Positions 63,064 to 64,000 of a stretch of DNA of 64,000 nucleotides are shown here, piece after piece. Every line of letters begins with the position of its first letter. Position 1 is the first letter of the stretch. Location of the stretch: the IMG/VR virus record IMGVR_UViG_3300044295_000323, positions 897 through 64,896 of that record; one strand, given 5' to 3'. A program made the position numbers and the translations under genes. The notes beneath the pieces were generated by a model. The model was not told the DNA's origin. It was given only the letters and a program-made list of their open reading frames with translations, and made no database searches. The stretch is from a virus (Duplodnaviria > Caudoviricetes).

Positions 63064-64000
63064 TAGAGTAACCGTCCTTGCAGGATGAACCCGCGCTCGA
63101 AGCTCGTTGAGAGAATCTCGTTCGCCTTCATACGTACAGGAATACGAATCGGGGCACCAGCGTCAAACTGGGGCCGGATGATCTCACCTTCAAAGGCCCG
63201 CATGACCGGAATGGCCCACGACTTGGGCGACCCATAAACGATCACCTGGAACTCCTGCCCCTTGATCATATGATCGCAGCGCAGGGTGCCATCCGCGTTC
63301 GCGGCCAGGATGCGCTTGTCACGCCACCGTTCTCCACCATGGAAGATGTCCCAGCCGTTCTGAATGTCCTGCGGAATCACCGAGCAGAAACGGGGCACCT
63401 CAGCAAACCCGGGCATGGTGCTGATCGAGCCATTCCAGAACACCCCGTTAGAACTCATATAGTTCCAGGCCTGATGCGTCGAGAGGGCCATGGCGGCCAT
63501 CAGACACAAGGCTTCGACATTGTTCTCTTGTCCAACGGTGACTCCCGGACCGGGGCCCGCTGGCTCTGACTGCCACGCCGGCACCTTCTTGTTGGGAATC
63601 GTCTCGTAGCCAACAGCCATAATGTGGCCAATCTTGTTATGAGACTCGCCCCCACGGTAGCCATGCACGATCTGGACGTCCAGCGCGTACTTGTCGAACG
63701 CTTCGGGCGTCTCACCACCGTAGTCGTCATTCGCGGCCGAGGTGCCCTTGATCGTGTCGTTGGGCAACAAGGTGGCGTAGTACTTGAGATCCGCCGGATC
63801 AGGAATACCGTTCTGCCACGACTCGTTGCAGACCTCGTTCAAGGCGATCAGATCCAGACCCACATTACGCTGCACCTTGGCCACCTCGCGCAGGTGACCT
63901 TCGATCATCGCCCGGTTCCAGCTGTTCATGTCGCCGCGAGAGTGATGGACTTTTAGTCCTTCTGCGCGACAAGCGCGAAGGAACTCGGTGAGCTGCACGT
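63063..64000 (-). CDS. 3' part of a possible clan-A glycoside-hydrolase-like protein (truncated by the window)
   Basis: NEVCNES acid/base-like motif, later WQSEP nucleophile-like motif; frame is open to the edge. Confidence 0.45.
   Translation of the reverse strand, partial: VQLTEFLRACRAEGLKVHHSRGDMNSWNRAMIEGHLREVAKVQRNVGLDLIALNEVCNESWQNGIPDPADLKYYATLLPNDTIKGTSAANDDYGGETPEAFDKYALDVQIVHGYRGGESHNKIGHIMAVGYETIPNKKVPAWQSEPAGPGPGVTVGQENNVEALCLMAAMALSTHQAWNYMSSNGVFWNGSISTMPGFAEVPRFCSVIPQDIQNGWDIFHGGERWRDKRILAANADGTLRCDHMIKGQEFQVIVYGSPKSWAIPVMRAFEGEIIRPQFDAGAPIRIPVRMKANEILSTSFERGFILQGRLL

Overview
The window is most of a high-GC tailed dsDNA phage genome, probably podovirus-like. It has no tape-measure, tail-tube or sheath gene, but has a P22 gp10/tubular-B-like tail protein and a run of ejection-type proteins. 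No integrase, canonical tRNA or CRISPR was seen. Layout: (i) 1-25620, minus strand: early/middle operon with about 60 small genes, a MoxR AAA+/VWA-metallopeptidase pair, a RecA-type helicase and a Cas4-like exonuclease/Sak4/SSB recombination module. (ii) 25640-26850: divergent control region with IHF boxes and a sigma54-like promoter. (iii) 26556-55215, plus strand: terminase, portal, scaffold, HK97-type capsid, tail, lysis, internal virion proteins, phosphoesterase and an ART-like protein. (iv) 55249-64000, minus strand: PolA with a degenerate UDG-like domain, class II RNR and HNH. The strongest unexplained signals are: a 16-residue helix ending in (R/K)LTG at the C-terminus of at least 14 otherwise dissimilar early proteins, including two near motif-only peptides; eight small paralogs resembling a free capsid A-domain, plus clear capsid N-arm and spine-helix copies in non-structural genes; five tail-module proteins with cleavable Sec-type signal peptides; a type III hammerhead ribozyme heading a ~750-nt ORF-poor region; and an array of parS-like 16-bp palindromes. 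All assignments are by eye from motifs; no database searches were run.
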